Below, piece by piece: positions 62,885 through 64,000 of a DNA stretch of 64,000 bases (the stretch's first letter is position 1; every line of letters begins with the position of its first letter). The notes beneath the pieces are model-generated. The model worked only from the letters and a program-made list of their open reading frames with translations. It ran no database searches and had not been told where the DNA came from. Source of the stretch: Mobula hypostoma (Eukaryota); assembly GCF_963921235.1 (NCBI RefSeq), contig NC_086098.1, positions 237,584,001 to 237,648,000 on the forward strand, given 5' to 3'. The translations under genes were made by a program, and so were the position numbers.

Positions 62885-64000
62885 TATTAGTATTATTGCT
62901 GATTTTTAATTTTTTTTTCCTGGATCAATCTGGTAAAACCTGAGGTACGGATACAGCCAAGCATAGCCTCAATTGCTGGGAACTTTGTACTATTCTAGAG
63001 GTGTTTAGCATTGTCGTTCTCTGAAGATTTATAGAAATATTGCTGAGTAGACCTAAAAATTTAATCCTACCTTCTAGAGACTTTGAGGAGATACTCGTTG
63101 TTGATATCACTTATAGGTCATGGCATACCCTGATCCTGTTCTATAAACTTCCAATTTCCTCTTTTAATTCCGCATACATCTGGTGTTATTCACTTAATAA
63201 TTTCTCTATATTACGTGTGTTTGGAATGGCTATGTCTGTTAAGTAAGTTGTTCTTTCTTGTTTTTTTTTCCTGTAATATTATATCCAGGCAGCGACTGTG
63301 GATAGCCATATCAGTAATAATGCATCGGTCATAACATAATTTGTCAGACATTGACTCGAAAACTGAATTAGGCTTATATTTAGAGTAAGGTACAGTGCAC
63401 TTTATGCGTTTGGATGATATAACAAGATTTTGTTGAATGACAATTGATTGTGCTTGGGTAGGTAATCAGATTAAGATAAACTGCTAGAATGTTCTGGATT
63501 GTTTCCGGTGTTTCCGGGCATTTTCTGAATTTATCATCTTGAATTTGTTTGTATTTTGTTATATATTTTTGATATTATTCTGTTACTGACCTGGTCCTGT
63601 CTTCGCACAAGGAAGAGTTATTCAACTCTTAGCTAGGCATTCGACATTTCCTTTTCGACATCAGGTCTGCTCGGATCATGGAAAGTTTTCCATGGAGAGT
63701 TATGCTGTTCCATTGATTACCCTTTTCTTTTGTGATGATAATTTCTTCATTTTTTTCTGAAGTGTGATTTCATAGAAGTTTCGTATTGCACCCAATAGTG
63801 TTGTATAGCGTGGATACTGAATACTGTTTTCTGTGTCGAAAATATATCCTTAAAAGTTTTGTCTAACTGTTATGTAGATTTTTAATCTCTGTTATTCCTC
63901 TTCCTCCTTCTGTCCTAGGTAGTGTTAATCTAAGTACGTTCAAGTGTACAAAGTGTTTTCTAACATTTATCATTTCAGTTCTTATTTTTCCTTCTAAAAT
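62885..64000 (-). mobile_element. Decayed R4/Dong-like non-LTR retrotransposon 3' part (restriction-like endonuclease)
   Basis: Minus-strand remnants RKCPETPETIQ, LDIILQ...TTYLTDIAIPN and VISTTSISSKSL...NLQRTTMLNTSRIV; TAA-like tail near 62885. Confidence 0.75.

Overview
Vertebrate genomic DNA from a cartilaginous fish, most likely a ray (inferred from the Ig light-chain type and the CR1/Penelope/Rex repeat landscape; the species cannot be determined). Most of the window is nested retroelement debris: CR1 LINEs, Rex1/Babar-like LINEs, Penelope-like elements with hammerhead motifs, an R4/Dong-like element, Tc1 remnants, LTR-like elements and SINEs. Two Ig-superfamily genes point away from each other about 38 kb apart. 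(1) On the minus strand (18575-21328) is a germline-joined VJ-C light-chain cluster of the sigma-cart (type I/NS5-like) class; its V exon is frameshifted and lacks the first Cys, but its leader and C exons are intact. (2) On the plus strand (59730 to at least 62649) is an open, non-rearranging receptor gene: leader, single-exon VJ domain, light-chain/TCR-like C1 domain and uncharged transmembrane exon. Its cytoplasmic exons were not found in the window. This VJ-C1-TM gene and its linkage to an IgL cluster are the main result. An orphan Tyr-motif terminal exon and a diverged inverted duplicate between the two genes remain unexplained. Repeat boundaries were read by eye and are approximate.
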